DNA of 60,923 nucleotides, the filler included, from Syncephalis fuscata S228 (Eukaryota; Fungi; Zoopagomycota): the NCBI GenBank assembly GCA_025786725.1. It is 2 parts of 2 records of this genome, joined end to end, with 100 filler letters (N's around TTAATTAATTAA, not from the genome) between each part and the next. Parts side by side here need not be neighbours in the genome. Positions count along the whole stretch, not along the records: positions 1 to 30,926 come from JAHLTZ010000088.1; 1 more part is not named here. The stretch is one strand, 5' to 3'. Shown here piece by piece: positions 1 to 11,515 of the stretch. The notes under the pieces were generated by a model. The model was not told where the DNA came from. It saw only the letters and a list, made by a program, of their open reading frames with translations, and made no database searches. Both the position numbers and the translations under genes were made by a program. Positions within the stretch are counted from its first letter, which is position 1, and every line of letters starts with the position of its first letter.

Positions 1-831
1 AAATAGGCCAGGTAATAACAAACTAAGCATCCAATTAGTTTGTACTAACGATCCTAAAAGTGTTTACTTACTAGTGTATAAATAAGGATGCGTACTGGCC
101 ATGCAAAAAACGCGCCCACACGAAGGCCATGACGTGCACAGATAGCCTGTGGCAATACTTCTGAGAATACAAATACAGCAGCGGTCGAAACTAGAATTGT
201 AATTGCTCCTCCAGGCAATACTTGATCCGCAAGAATAGGAATCGTTTCGTTCATCAATGTGTTACACAGTAACAAAGTGACCAGTAGCAGATTGCCGTGT
301 TGCCGAATAGGAATGATGCGTTTTGCCCATTGTTTCTCCTGTTCGGTGCCGCTTGTAGCCAAGATTTGCAAATTGGTTGTGTCAAGCGACATAAATCCAA
401 GCGTCAGGCCTAAAACATTGCTTAGTAATCGCCATTTTTATTACATGAGAATAGCTTACCTGCAACCAAGCCGTTGAGCAGTACCACGGCAATCGCACCA
501 AATGTGATCAACCAGAAAACTGGTGAGTCGTCATGTAATAATTCTTCTTCTTTCACCTTGGCCGAAGACATTTTAGCTACACCGTCTAACGACGGATCGG
601 ATCCATTTATCCCATCGCGTTTTATGAGCGTTTCTTTTAGATTAGGAAATGCACGTGCTGATTCAATCTGCAAGCAAGCAAGTACCAAAAAGCGACAACA
701 GCAAAAGTGCCAAGAGTCCAGCGTTTAGTTCGTGAATTGGCTGAAAATACGGGTGCTTGTACTATTGCCACTCCAGCGGAGCGCTTTTGAGTAGAGTAGG
801 AGCTAACGGTCAAGTTATAGTCCCCAGACAT
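1..831 (-). CDS. MAM3: CNNM/DUF21 (Mam3-like) transmembrane metal-homeostasis protein, 5' part; runs off the window
   Basis: Spliced translation ...LNGLVA/GLTLGFMSLDTTNLQILATSGTEQEKQWAKRIIPIRQHGNLLLVTLLLCNTLMNETIPI...FSEVLPQAICARHGLRVGA is the DUF21 signature. GT-AG introns at about 410-460 and 23-71. The N-terminal leader needs one extra base in the A5 run at 687-691 to join the frame. Start ATG 831 is tentative. Confidence 0.9.
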
Positions 832-1869
832 GCCATGACATGAGGGACTTGCAGTTTCGGTGGGTTTTTGCATTCAAGACAGAGCAAGACAAGCAAATAA
901 ACGAACAAATGGGAATTAAGAAAAGTGCAAAATTATTTCAATAATTTCTAGAATATCAGTAAAGTGCTTAATAACGGCTTCAAATAACAGTACGCTAGCA
1001 AAGCAGTTAGAAAATAAGTCAAGTAAAAAGTGAAGTGAAAGAAACGGAATTACCTAGTGTTCGGGTATTAAGCAAAAAATAATTACCATCCTTGGATTCC
1101 TGACTTTTCGATATAAATATTAATGCCGCGGATCACGCGCACAGGCAAAGCAGTAAGGATGCTTGTACATAGACTATTATCTGTTACATTGTAGCACATT
1201 TACTATTTTAAACTTGGCTTATTGCATATGACATATTCTACTTGGTCTTATTTCTAATCTACTTTACTATCTACACTGAAATGGTAGATATACGCTACTT
1301 TTCCAGAAGTCTTTCACTTGTTGTATTACGCACTATGTCTTTGCTATACTAATAAATATCATTTTCGTATATTATGACCTCTGTGTGCAAGTTTAACATC
1401 TATACTATTGTCTTTTCTGTTTACAAGCCAAGATACAAGAATACACTTGAATGTTACAGTATGAAACGCTACAAATATTTATGCTGGCCTATTGATTTTC
1501 TAGAACATAGCGGGAACATCGTTGTAAACTTGGCCAATGTATATCACGTGGCTCGGCTTAATATTATTTCTATTTTACTTTTCTATTTACGTTGAAATAG
1601 TACCTTGCAGCTACTACTTTAAAACTTTTTATTGCAGTATGACCCATGTCTTTGTTGTTATAATAATAGAATGCTATTTGTTTCTTATTCTATGTTCTCT
1701 GTAGGTAGTGTTAATGTCGCACCGTTTCTCTTATCTGCAATTCATGATATAGCAATACATTATTTGTGTAGATTGCCACAAATACACCATAATAAATCAT
1801 TATTATTATCCTGTCAGGATATATAACAAAATAGCTAATTTGTGGTGGAATTTGCTTTGATCTATTCTA

Positions 1870-2860
1870 TGGTGTATTGACATGTTGGGTAGATTGACTT
1901 TTATTATTTACACTCCATTTATTAATCAATTAAACTCATCTGTTTATAAATATTGACTGACAGGTTCACAGCTCGCAATCTACGTCATCACATTTCCCTT
2001 TCTCTTTCTTCACACTTGACAGCATACATCCATTGCATATACTTGTATACTCTATATATGTTATGTAAATAGTGTCAGTAGTTGAATGACTACTAGTTAT
2101 GTACAAACACTTTACATTACTCTCTTGCATTACTCTTTTGTAATCTTACCTTCATTGCTCTGATAATTGGTATTGGCAACTTTATTGACACGATAAGTCG
2201 ATTCCTGGCTTGTTTTGTGTTATGGTAGATATGCTGTCAAATCTCGTTGTATGCTTTGTTTTTGTTTTTGATTGCAATTGCAGTTCATCCAACAACAGTT
2301 TTACTATATCAACAGTAACAGTGCATTCTGTTACCTTTGAAACTTCAAAAGCTGTTGTTAATATGAGCAGCAGTGGCGATCTATGACAAACCAAAACATA
2401 CAATGACTCTGGTTGCATATAGCTACCACAATAATTGCGCACAGCTGTTGTACACATACAACTATAACATTATAGAAAGCACTACCATTGCTACTACTAT
2501 TGTATGTGTACGGCATCTAGTACGATAATTGCATTAGTTATAGCCATTTTCTACCTATTTACCTATAAAATGATACATAAATAGAGGATATATGCATACT
2601 GGATAATAAATCTATGACGATGAGTATTTTTATTCTTGATGTCATTCACCACCTACCATTATCTTCAATAAAACGCATACCCAGCTCAATTGCACGAATA
2701 TAATTACATATAGTCATTTAATACCAAATCATAATAAATTGTCTATAGTTTGTTCAATTAATAAAGCTTATCATTTAGTTCCATTTTCAATTAGATAACT
2801 ATCTAGCTCAATTACACTATATTGTAATAGTCATTTGACCATTAAACCACACTAAATAAT
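1870..2860 (-). repeat. Dispersed repeat family A plus extension; inverted copy of about 25545-26190
   Basis: 2015-2180 (cacttgacagcatacatccattgcatatacttgtatac...ttgtaatcttaccttcattgctctgataattggtattggca) matches the reverse complement of 25965-26130. 2580-2735 is the reverse complement of the family A core at 19980-20100. Boundaries approximate. Confidence 0.8.
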
Positions 2861-3965
2861 TAATATAGGTACAGTGGCAAAATGAGAATAAACATAGTAA
2901 TACAATGCTCACAATTACACTAATTAGTTTAAAAAAAAGAATAGCGTACAAAAAGCAATACAGCTCATGCTATGTTATGGTTGACGTGAAACAGAAATTA
3001 AATGAAAGAAATAGGAAGGGAATGTTATGTAGGCATAATTATACAATAGTAAATATCGCATACAATATATTTGCAATATCCTTAATAAGTTGGCTCTTAC
3101 ATAAAAAATGTTGTTATAAACTGTCATACTTTATGGAGTATTTATTGGCTTCACTATTTCATACATTCTGTCTTTACTAAGTTAGCTTTGCAACAAAAAT
3201 ACTTTTATTTAGCAATAAATGAATAATATATATGACAATAATATAGCGCAAATCAGGTGATTAAATGACGTGTTACAATTTTGTGTTTTAAAACAATGCA
3301 ACATACTATTTAACAAACTCTATCGTATAACCAGGCTAACTAGCTATTGGGTACTTGTAACGCATTTTTTTACTTTAATGGATACACATGGTATGGGCAT
3401 CACTATTATGATTGATACAATTGTAAGCCAATAAATACAACGATATTCCTACTAGCAGGCTGCCAAACATTGTATAGCGCGTTTTTCTCATTGTAACGAT
3501 GACTCAACGCCACTTTGAAATAGACAATGGCTTTAGTAAATGTTTCAAACGAGACCTTATCAGCCCATCGTCAAATCACACTCAATAGCAAATAGATTGA
3601 GCGTCATTAGTCGCGGCTTTTCCCTTGAAATCATATTTTTATGTAGCACTAAAATATAAAAAAGCCAATTGCTTTGTATTGGCATTGCCTATCGCATCTT
3701 GCCCGGTTTAATGACGTTTATTGTCGCAAACTAGTGGTTTTACTTAGAAAATTGGCTTAACTTACTGGCTGAATTGTGCAAATGAAATATGTAGGTAATT
3801 TCGGCTACTGCTTCCAATTTTTATTGTTCACCAATATATAAACGCGTACACAAGTCACATTTTCTTTTCTCTTTTCTGTTTAGTTCACTTCTCCTGCCTA
3901 CTTGTTTGCACACTTGCACATAAGAATTTTCTCACTTTTTGTTTATTTGAACATCTAAAATCAAT

Positions 3966-4762
3966 ATGGCTACTATCTCCGACTCCGCCAACAGCTCTAT
4001 TGCTGGCCGTACAAAAAGCTGTACTGCCAAGGACCATACTGTGAAGAGCAACGAAGACGACCAAGTTGCAAACAACGAGGAAGTTGACCAAGCTTTGAAG
4101 AGCAACGAAGACGACCAAGTTACAAACAACGAGGAAGTTGACCAAGCTTTGAAGAGCAACGAAGACGACCAAGTTGCAAATGACAAGAAAGTTGACCAAG
4201 CTTTGAAGAGCAAGGAAAACAACAGTTGTTCTTTTGATTTATCGCGTTCATCACAATCGATAGCGCAACCAGTATCACGCCGATCAGGCAAACAGGTAAG
4301 CAATATTACTGACACTAAGCTAACCTCTCTTCATGATAGAAACAAGGCGCCAGTGGCCAGGCTGAAGGGCACACAGCAAGCCGTTTTACCCACTTGTGAT
4401 CACAAAAACGTGTCACAACGCAAAAGATCACCACTTATAGGTAATAAAACACTTTTATTGGTTATAATAGCTAACAAACATACTTTATTGCTAGCAAAAG
4501 AAGAATACGAGAAAAAGCCCATATGCAAATGCATACTAAAACAAATGGAGTCTAAAAGAATCATGCCACGACCTCCACCACGCAAATTTTCAAAATCAGA
4601 GGATATCCGCGTGTCAATGATGATACGTAGATTCGAGGAATTGATTGGTAAAAAATTAAATATCTTTAATATAATTTTATTTAAACACTTAAGCATTTAG
4701 CTCAACGGGAACGCAAACGACGCAGGGAAGAAGAAGAGTCCACTGCACGCAAACGGCGATGA
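3966..4762 (+). CDS. Hypothetical charged low-complexity protein with 18-aa tandem repeats
   Basis: ATG 3966, repeats KSNEDDQV(A/T)NNEEVDQAL, putative introns near 4296-4339, 4442-4494 and 4648-4700, last exon AQRERKRRREEEESTARKRR*. Exon phases not fully resolved. Confidence 0.55.
4043..4213 (+). repeat. 54-bp coding tandem repeat, about 3.2 copies
   Basis: gaagagcaacgaagacgaccaagtt(g/a)caaacaacgaggaagttgaccaagcttt repeated with near identity. Confidence 0.95.
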
Positions 4763-5139
4763 ACTCAAGCTCAGGTGTTTACTATATTTGTACAGCTCTC
4801 TTCCTAAATAAACCTTTAGGAAATTTCTCCAACCAAATGCTTAATATTAATATACAAACATATAATTGCTTAGCCTTTTTCCTTTATTAATTATAATAAA
4901 ACAACTTTAAATATAGCTTATATAAATAAATAGATTTAATTTAGCAAACGGCTAGTGTTCCACGTCTTCTTAAAGCAAAGTTATAATAATGCCAATAAAG
5001 GTTATTTGTTATAAAGCCATTGTAATTAACTAATAGTGTTTAATATAAAATACCAGTACCATATAACGGTCTACTAGTCATTTATTTGATAATAACTGGC
5101 CTATTCCTGGTCTTTCTATCTGCGATAATTTAACTATTT

Positions 5140-5890
5140 GATTTTGAGGTCAAGTGACTACATTTACTAGTATCTGCGTAGTTGAACTGCACATTTAATC
5201 TATTGAACATGGGGACAAGTGGTGAGTTTTATTAAGGATCAAATTATTAACTGTATTACAATTGAATGGCCAAATGACTATATTTAATAGCATTCAATAT
5301 ATTGAACATGATGATCAGTGGTGAGTGACATCAATCATCAAATACTCATTATTGTAGATTCATTATCCAGTATACATATATTCACCGTTTACTTACATCA
5401 TTCCCACTCCATTCCCACTTCTATGTATCATTCTATGATATAATAGATACATTCTACTGTTTATATGTTCCAATATACATTACTCATTCCACTCATTGCA
5501 TTATATGCACTATAACTTTAACATCGCTTTTATGTTTTCTTACCATACATTTAGCATTTTACGTATGGTTCTATACTCGCATAGTTTTTCTGTATTAAAA
5601 ACTGTTTTTATTTTTGTTCTAACTTTATTATTAATAAATGTCGACTAACTCCGCTTATTCATTAGCAAGCTATATGTAGTTGAAATCTATAACAATATAA
5701 TGCTATATAATAGTATGACATGCATTGTTAACGATATAGGTAAACGGTGGATATATGCATACTGGATAACAAATCTATGATGATGAGTATTTGATGATTG
5801 ATGTCACTCACTACCCATCATCATGTTCAATAAATTGGATGCTACTAGATGTTAGTCATTTGACCACCAAATCATACTAAATGATTAATA
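5140..5890. mobile_element. Repeat family A copies arranged as an inverted pair (foldback/MITE-like)
   Basis: Forward copies at about 5140 and 5265 (caaatgacta...attgaacatga...gtggtgagtgacatcaatcatcaaatactcatt), reverse copy at about 5690-5890 (tgagtatttgatgattgatgtcactcact...catcatgttcaata...tagtcatttgacc). Confidence 0.7.
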
Positions 5891-5971
5891 AATCGCTTAA
5901 TATAAATGTAATAAACTTAATTTTAATGAACATCAAAACATTTTGCTTTAAATACTTGTAGTAGTACAAGA

Positions 5972-6553
5972 TTACTCGTGGTATGCACACCACCAACAAA
6001 AACAAGTATAACTAAGAATACATGGGAAACAAAATAATGCGCATAGTCCTTGAACGGGCCCTTCTCGGCAACGCTTAGCAACGATATCAGTGGCAAGACC
6101 GACGGCAACGCAGCAACCACAAACTGGTGCATCTTCAAGTGAACGTGCTGCACGGCCAGTCGCAACACACATAGCAAATGTACTGGATTTTCGATTAGCT
6201 ATGGTAAATTGTATTGGCCGAGTAGTCTTATTTAGTGCCGATTGTGGCATGGGATCGGTAGCAACAGAGGCTAAGGGCCGACCCGCTAGAAAAACTGGCA
6301 TACGTAGTTTGGAAATAATAGATGAATTTGTCGAAGCTTTACGTAATGAGCTTTCGAATAGAGGAAAGCATGATGTTGTCGACGAATCCGTTTTATGTAG
6401 TGCTGTAGAATGAGCGATGGTTGTGCCGGTCATTGTAGTGTAGCATGTACTGGATGGTTCTATAAGTGTGCTACAAGTGGTGGGTGTTGTGGTTTGTCGA
6501 CGCAAAGTGCGTCGCTTGCCAAAAAAGCGTTTTAATTTACTAAGCCAAAGCAT
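5972..6553 (-). CDS. Hypothetical 193-aa protein, Ser/Thr-rich with a Cys-rich hydrophobic C-terminus
   Basis: Intronless ATG-to-stop ORF, more GC-rich than its flanks; tail CGCCVAVG...GLCALFCFPCILSYTCFCWWCAYHE. Confidence 0.65.
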   Translation of the reverse strand: MLWLSKLKRFFGKRRTLRRQTTTPTTCSTLIEPSSTCYTTMTGTTIAHSTALHKTDSSTTSCFPLFESSLRKASTNSSIISKLRMPVFLAGRPLASVATDPMPQSALNKTTRPIQFTIANRKSSTFAMCVATGRAARSLEDAPVCGCCVAVGLATDIVAKRCREGPVQGLCALFCFPCILSYTCFCWWCAYHE

Positions 6554-6854
6554 GGTTGTTAACTAATTAAATAAATGCAAAAATGCTAGTTGGTCGGTTG
6601 GCTGTATAGTGATAGTAGAATTCGATTTGGAACAACCACGAAGTTTATAAAGAATTATCTGCCATTGCAGTATAGCAATATGCATAGGCCAAGCCAATCA
6701 TTTTTTTGTGGTTGTTTTTGCATCATGCATACTTGTTGAGTCACGTGGAGTGCTATAATTAGACAAATGCAATGTCACAATATTAAAATTAAATTATGGC
6801 CAATTATAGATCATTTATTTATTAGTCCTATGTTCTGATTTCTTTGTTCTTAAG

Positions 6855-8191
6855 TTAGAGCAACTCTTTTAGCCATTGCGCGACTAGTTCGCCCATCACT
6901 GCGCCGTGACCTACAAGAGTGACAATGTGCATCAGCCAAGCGATACTAGTATATATTTGGATGCTCCTACCTAGTACAAAGGCATGCGGCAAGTCGTGCT
7001 GGCACAAATATACCTGACCTAATGGAAAAAAATGCATAAGGAAAAGGTGTATTCACTGCAAACGCATCTACCTTTAGGAAATAGTGTCGTCATCTCCTCA
7101 TAATGGCTAATAGGCGACCAATGATCGTTAGTGCCATAATAAAATAAAAGTTTACTAAGATGCCTGTCAATCAGATCGGTTTGCAGTGTTGTTATCGTTT
7201 CCATTTCATCGCATGCCATGCTAAGTGAATTGCGTACCATAGTAGGCGTGCTTTTTAACATTAAGGAATTAGGTAGGATAGTGTGATAATAAATTAATAA
7301 TAAGGATATGATAAAAACTTTGTCACCGTAACATAAGCCTCTTCGGCTGTTTGTTTAGCACAAAGACGCGTTAATAGCAAACGAAGCCAAAGTGGGAAAA
7401 TGCCAAGTAGACCCACGCCAAAAGAAGTTATTCTGCAGGCATTGTCGCTCCACATCCACTATCATTGCAAATAAATTATCGCACTAATAAGTATAGTTAA
7501 CATACTTACGCTTAGATTGTGGCCATTGGGCGTATCTCGAATCTCTTTAATAGTAGGAAATAGACAGATAACACGGGTAATATTATAATCAGGACATGCA
7601 TCCAATACCTACGAATATTATAGCTAACCAGTATTCACCTTTAATAACTATGCTTACCTGAAGTGCAATATAAGAGCCGACACTATGTCCCGCCAATACA
7701 AATTGTGTTCCTGGTGGATAAGTTATGCGTAAACGATCTAAACAAGCAATCTTGTGCTTAATCTGAGCCGATAATGACGTGTGATCGGGAGACACACTGC
7801 CTGTCGTGGTAGTATGACCAGGGTGCGACACTAAATACACAGCACGCACACACATACATATATATATTAATTATATAGAGATAGTATGGATAATGGTATG
7901 CCATCTATTGTCACTTACCTCCAACAATATCAAGTTGATTACCCAACATTTGATGTACCGTATCAAGAAATGCCGTATAATAGTCAATAACGCCCGGGTT
8001 GCCTACATAACAGTAAATAATCTATTAGAGCAATAGAGTATGTTTAGCCTACCGCAAATAAACATAAAGACAATGCCCGGTTCGTTTAAAGCTTTGTTGG
8101 CATTGCGTTTTGGCCACCAAAGTGTATCGGTTTGGCAACCGTTCACATTCCATACTGCACGTAAAGGAATGGCAAATTCCTGAGTTAGCAT
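6855..8191 (-). CDS. LDAH: Lipid droplet-associated alpha/beta hydrolase (LDAH/C2orf43/YPR147C family)
   Basis: Multi-exon. Motifs FIC/GNPGVIDYYTAFL, SHPGH, SLSAQIKHK, LAGHSVGSYI (GxSxG nucleophile), LFPTIKEI..TPNG, FYYGTNDHWSP, LPHAFVL. Contains an AT-AC intron at 7248-7309. Confidence 0.9.
7248..7309 (-). other. U12-type AT-AC intron in LDAH
   Basis: 5' splice site ATATCCTT, branch TTCCTTAAT, 3' end AAGCAC. Removal joins TKFLS-PTMVRNSLSMA in frame. Confidence 0.9.
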
Positions 8192-8457
8192 TTTACAAGA
8201 TTCAACTATTGATACTGTTAACGTAGTCACAAGGCAATAACGTATCGTAAACAAAAGAGAAAAGGTTGTAGTACGCGAGAAATAATTGTTGGATAAGTAG
8301 TGGTGGTTTTAAACAGCGCTAATACTCATTATTAAGAATAAATTCACCTGATTCTAATTACTTTTTAGTGTTTATTACTATTCCGGTTATTGTTGTTGAT
8401 TAGTCTATTACTTTCGAGTGCCACCAACAATCCACTCACTTGACCACTCACGTGCTT

Positions 8458-9166
8458 ATGGCTTCTCAAAACCGCAGTGTAAGTCAAGCGACACTGGCAC
8501 CTGACGTCTAACTTGTGTTTCGTTTAGTACGTGGAAGCAGTGTGTTGACGGTGGGCGAGCGAGAGCGATATGTGCAACGTCAGTTAGATTCGTTGGAACG
8601 TGACAACTATACCGAACGTACTGACGTGATCTCAAGTAATGAGCTAGGTAAGTGGCCGTGTCATAGATAGATACAGCGATTCTAGCTACAAATCCTGTAG
8701 CGCGTTCGTCACGACGTCCCAAGGGAAAGGTAACGGCATTGGCAAAAGGTCGCTGGACACTAGCAACACTGATTGCGGAATCAGTACGTGTATAAACTTG
8801 CCGTAATTATAGACTATTTAGCTAATAAATTATTATTGCTATTGACGACAATAGCAAATAAGTAGACTGCCAGCCGATGTACCCACTTATTTGACAGCAG
8901 CTATTGGGCCATCGACACAGCCTTCGCGGAAATTTTGCTCAGTTTGTGGATATCCTTTTGTTGCTTAAAATGAATACAATATTTAGTTGGATTATTAACT
9001 ATGCAATACATTTGTAGCCGGATATACCTGTACACGCTGTGGCATGCGATATTGCACGCTCAATTGCTTGGAAACGCACAAGGAAACAAGGTAGATAGTG
9101 TTATTCATGAATTAGCATAAGAATATAAGTTTAAACAATAATAGATGTATGAAGTTTATCGTATAA
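8458..9166 (+). CDS. VPS71: SWR1 complex HIT zinc-finger subunit Vps71/ZNHIT1
   Basis: Not in the ORF track. Spliced: ERERYVQRQLDSLERDNY...PTYLTAAIGPSTQPSRKFCSVCG-FVAGYTCTRCGMRYCTLNCLETHKETR-CMKFIV*. Phase of the first exon is off by one base, so the start is uncertain. Confidence 0.9.
8950..9009 (+). other. U12-type AT-AC intron in VPS71
   Basis: Begins ATATCCTTTT, branch-like TTATTAAC, ends CAATAC. Removal restores CSVCG-FVAGYTC in the HIT finger. Confidence 0.88.
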
Positions 9167-9579
9167 ATAAATGGCTGTCAATTCAAAGAATATATAGATT
9201 ATTATTGTTGATCAATAGTCTGTAGCAAGCGGTGATATTATAAATATCAAGTAACTGTGAATAAAATTAAACATGATATCATTTGAATGGTGATGACTTT
9301 TGACAGCTAATAGTTAAATAATAAAAGTTAATCATTTGAGCAACTATTTATATTGCTATTCCTGCACTACAATACACTAATATTATATAATATGTAAATA
9401 TAGCACAAGATGCACAACAAATTAATTTATGCTTTTTGTACATAAATTATGTCGATTAATAGCTACTTACCAATATTTACATCAAGCATGAGATGCAATA
9501 GAAATAGAACTTGCTAGTATCAGCCGTTACTTATTAATGGAAAATATAGTTAACAATGGCTTAGATTATTATTAATCCT

Positions 9580-9646
9580 GGGACTGGCTTGTACTTTGAC
9601 CCCCACATTTGGAGTCCCCAAAGCAGCAAACCATTTTACGCAATTG
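9580..9646 (-). ncRNA. Putative Fanzor omegaRNA 3' scaffold / element end, copy 1
   Basis: Minus strand gctttggggactccaaatgtgggggtcaaagtacaagccagtccc, about 200 nt downstream of the Fanzor 1 stop. Hairpin-forming and near-identical to the motif after Fanzor 2. Confidence 0.55.
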
Positions 9647-9840
9647 ATTGTAGTGATTTAAATAGTTGATTGGATTGATTGGATTGATTTGTGTTCAAAT
9701 GATTATTCACAATAAATATTTACGTAATATAATAACAGTATCATTTTCATAAAGTAGAATAGAATTAAATGTAATAGGACATTGTATTAGTAACAATTCT
9801 AAGTATTTAAATAATACTTACATTCAATATCTAAAAAGTT

Positions 9841-10352
9841 TTATTGAGACGAACATGCGTTCTCTGCGGTGCTTGTGTTGGTCTGAGATGGTCTAGCAAA
9901 CTCAGCTGGTCTGCCATTTCCATCCCAGATTGATTCGATGATTTGAAAAATATTTTTGCTTGCCATGACATACCGATTACACACCACTTGGCAGTTTTGG
10001 CAGACTAAGGTGGTGTGGTGGGTATGATTATTTACAGCAATCTTTTCTATTAGACTTTTTTCCTTACAGACATGACAAATCTATTAAATTGTTAAATTGT
10101 TAAATAAAATAATGATTACATTAAATACTTACCTGAGAAGAAAGATATTTATCAATTTTAATGGCAACAAGGTCTGCACGACGCTCTCGTCGTTTCAACA
10201 TTTGCCAGCACCTGTTGACAACAGCAGATCGATGGCCCTTGTATACATTGTTCTGCTTGCCAAACATTGCATCGCCGAATACAATAAGTGGCATTTTGTC
10301 AGTTGTTTGTAACCTTGCTGGATGTCATCCTTCTTTCTCTCTTGGTGGATCA
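9841..10352 (-). pseudogene. Fanzor (TnpB-like RNA-guided nuclease) remnant 1: RuvC-II, zinc finger and RuvC-III region, with an intron
   Basis: Exons 10352-10133 and 10080-9841 (GT-AG intron 10132-10081) give ...KEG*HPARLQTTDKMPLIVFGDAMFGKQNNVYKGHRSAVVNRCWQMLKRRERRADLVAIKIDKYLSSQ|ICHVCKEKSL...HTTLVCQNCQVVCNRYVMASKNIFQIIESIWDGNGRPAEFARP. This matches the Fanzor1 pattern FGD...(D)EYxTSQxCxxC...CxxC...WNRDxxAxxN...GRP. Catalytic E is K, catalytic D is Y, and there is an internal stop at 10325-10327. Confidence 0.88.
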
Positions 10353-10959
10353 CTATTTAATTATATATAAATAATTATTCATACTTCACAGCTTTTAAAA
10401 AGTGTGTCATAAAATATAATTATTATGGCTATACAGTTCTTTGTATTATAAAAATCCAGAATTTACCTACTAAATGTTCCAAGTGTTGATATGGCATTAC
10501 ATAGAAAACACTATATAAGAAAATATCAAATATTATCAATAAAATATTTAAGCTTTTTTCAATCCCTAACTGCCTTGACTACCCTGACCAGTTCTTAAAT
10601 TAATGTAATTACTATTTTTATTGCATAAACGTAACAAATTACAACAAAAGTAATCTTTATTATATTTATTTTATTAACTTAACATTAATTTTATCGAAAA
10701 TGCCAAATAAATTGCTTATTTTTATCACACTTTTGTTTTCACTTGATATTGAAAGTTTGGTTGAACTGTACTTTGAATCCCACTTTTTTTATTTACTCAC
10801 TTCACCATCTTTTCTTATTACTATATTATTGTTTTATTTGATAATATATTATATGATAATGTTGAATATAACAATATAAATAGTATGCGTATTTGAACAT
10901 CAATAAAAAACATTATTCAATTCCTGGTCTTTATTTTTCTTATTTTATATCAACACCTG

Positions 10960-11407
10960 TTCAAGTAGCCTCAACGGCATGCCTTATATTCTGGTTACAA
11001 CTGTCATCACAAGATCTTTCTGGTGAAAACACTCAGCCAATTATTATCGCATATGGTGGAGACCATTTGCTTTATCGATGGTTGGCAAATAAATTGCACC
11101 CACCAAGTTGATACCAAGAATGCTCAAGACAATGGTGAACATTAAAAATGCTAGTCGTCCTACCTTTTTGTCACTATAAACAAGTATCTTACATTGCAGA
11201 TATGCCTAAAATACAACAGTAGAAAATTAGAAAATAGAAGAGGCCATTCAGACGCAAAGAAACCACACTGTACGTAGTAATAACAATAACAAATGCGGAA
11301 TGACATGGAATCACGATTATATGGCTTTTATTAATATTCAATCAATCTTTCTACGCATGGCCAACAGTAATAATGATCGGTCTCATGAATTTCAAGTAAT
11401 CAAATGA
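10960..11407 (+). pseudogene. Fanzor remnant 2 (frameshifted C-terminal RuvC/zinc-finger region)
   Basis: Across three frameshifts: QPIIIAYG/RPFALSMVGK*IAPTKLIPRMLK...RPTF/FVTINKYLTLQICLKYNSRKLEN.../...NKCGMTWNHDYMAFINIQSIFLRMANSNNDRSHEFQ*. The IAYG, decayed DEY.TSQ.C and WNxD..A..NI motifs occur in Fanzor order. Start coordinate approximate. Confidence 0.82.
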
Positions 11408-11515
11408 AAACACTATACTTGTGTTTTGTTATGCATAACAGTATGACTTCAATTGGAACGAATTTTGCTTTGAGAACTCCAAATGTGGGAGTCAAAGTTC
11501 AGTTCAGCCAATCTT
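11408..11515 (+). ncRNA. Putative Fanzor omegaRNA scaffold / element right end, copy 2
   Basis: gctttgagaactccaaatgtgggagtcaaagttcagttcagccaatc directly downstream of the Fanzor 2 stop; stems ctttg/caaag and actcc/ggagt. Confidence 0.55.

Larger units (their letters stand above)
10753..11515 (+). mobile_element. Internally deleted TIR element carrying Fanzor remnant 2
   Basis: Left end aagtttggttgaactgtactttgaatcccac (10753-10783) versus reverse complement of the right end aagattggctgaactgaactttgactcccac (11485-11515): 31-bp imperfect TIR with 4 mismatches. No clear target-site duplication. Confidence 0.7.

Noticed and set aside
4043-4213. CRISPR-like array
   Set aside because: Contiguous in-frame 54-bp repeats without unique spacers, in a eukaryotic gene.
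9580-11515. One 1.9-kb transposon bounded by the inverted motifs at 9580 and 11515
   Set aside because: Each motif lies downstream of its own oppositely oriented Fanzor, and a third copy at 10753 pairs with 11515. Two elements explain this better, though a composite cannot be excluded.
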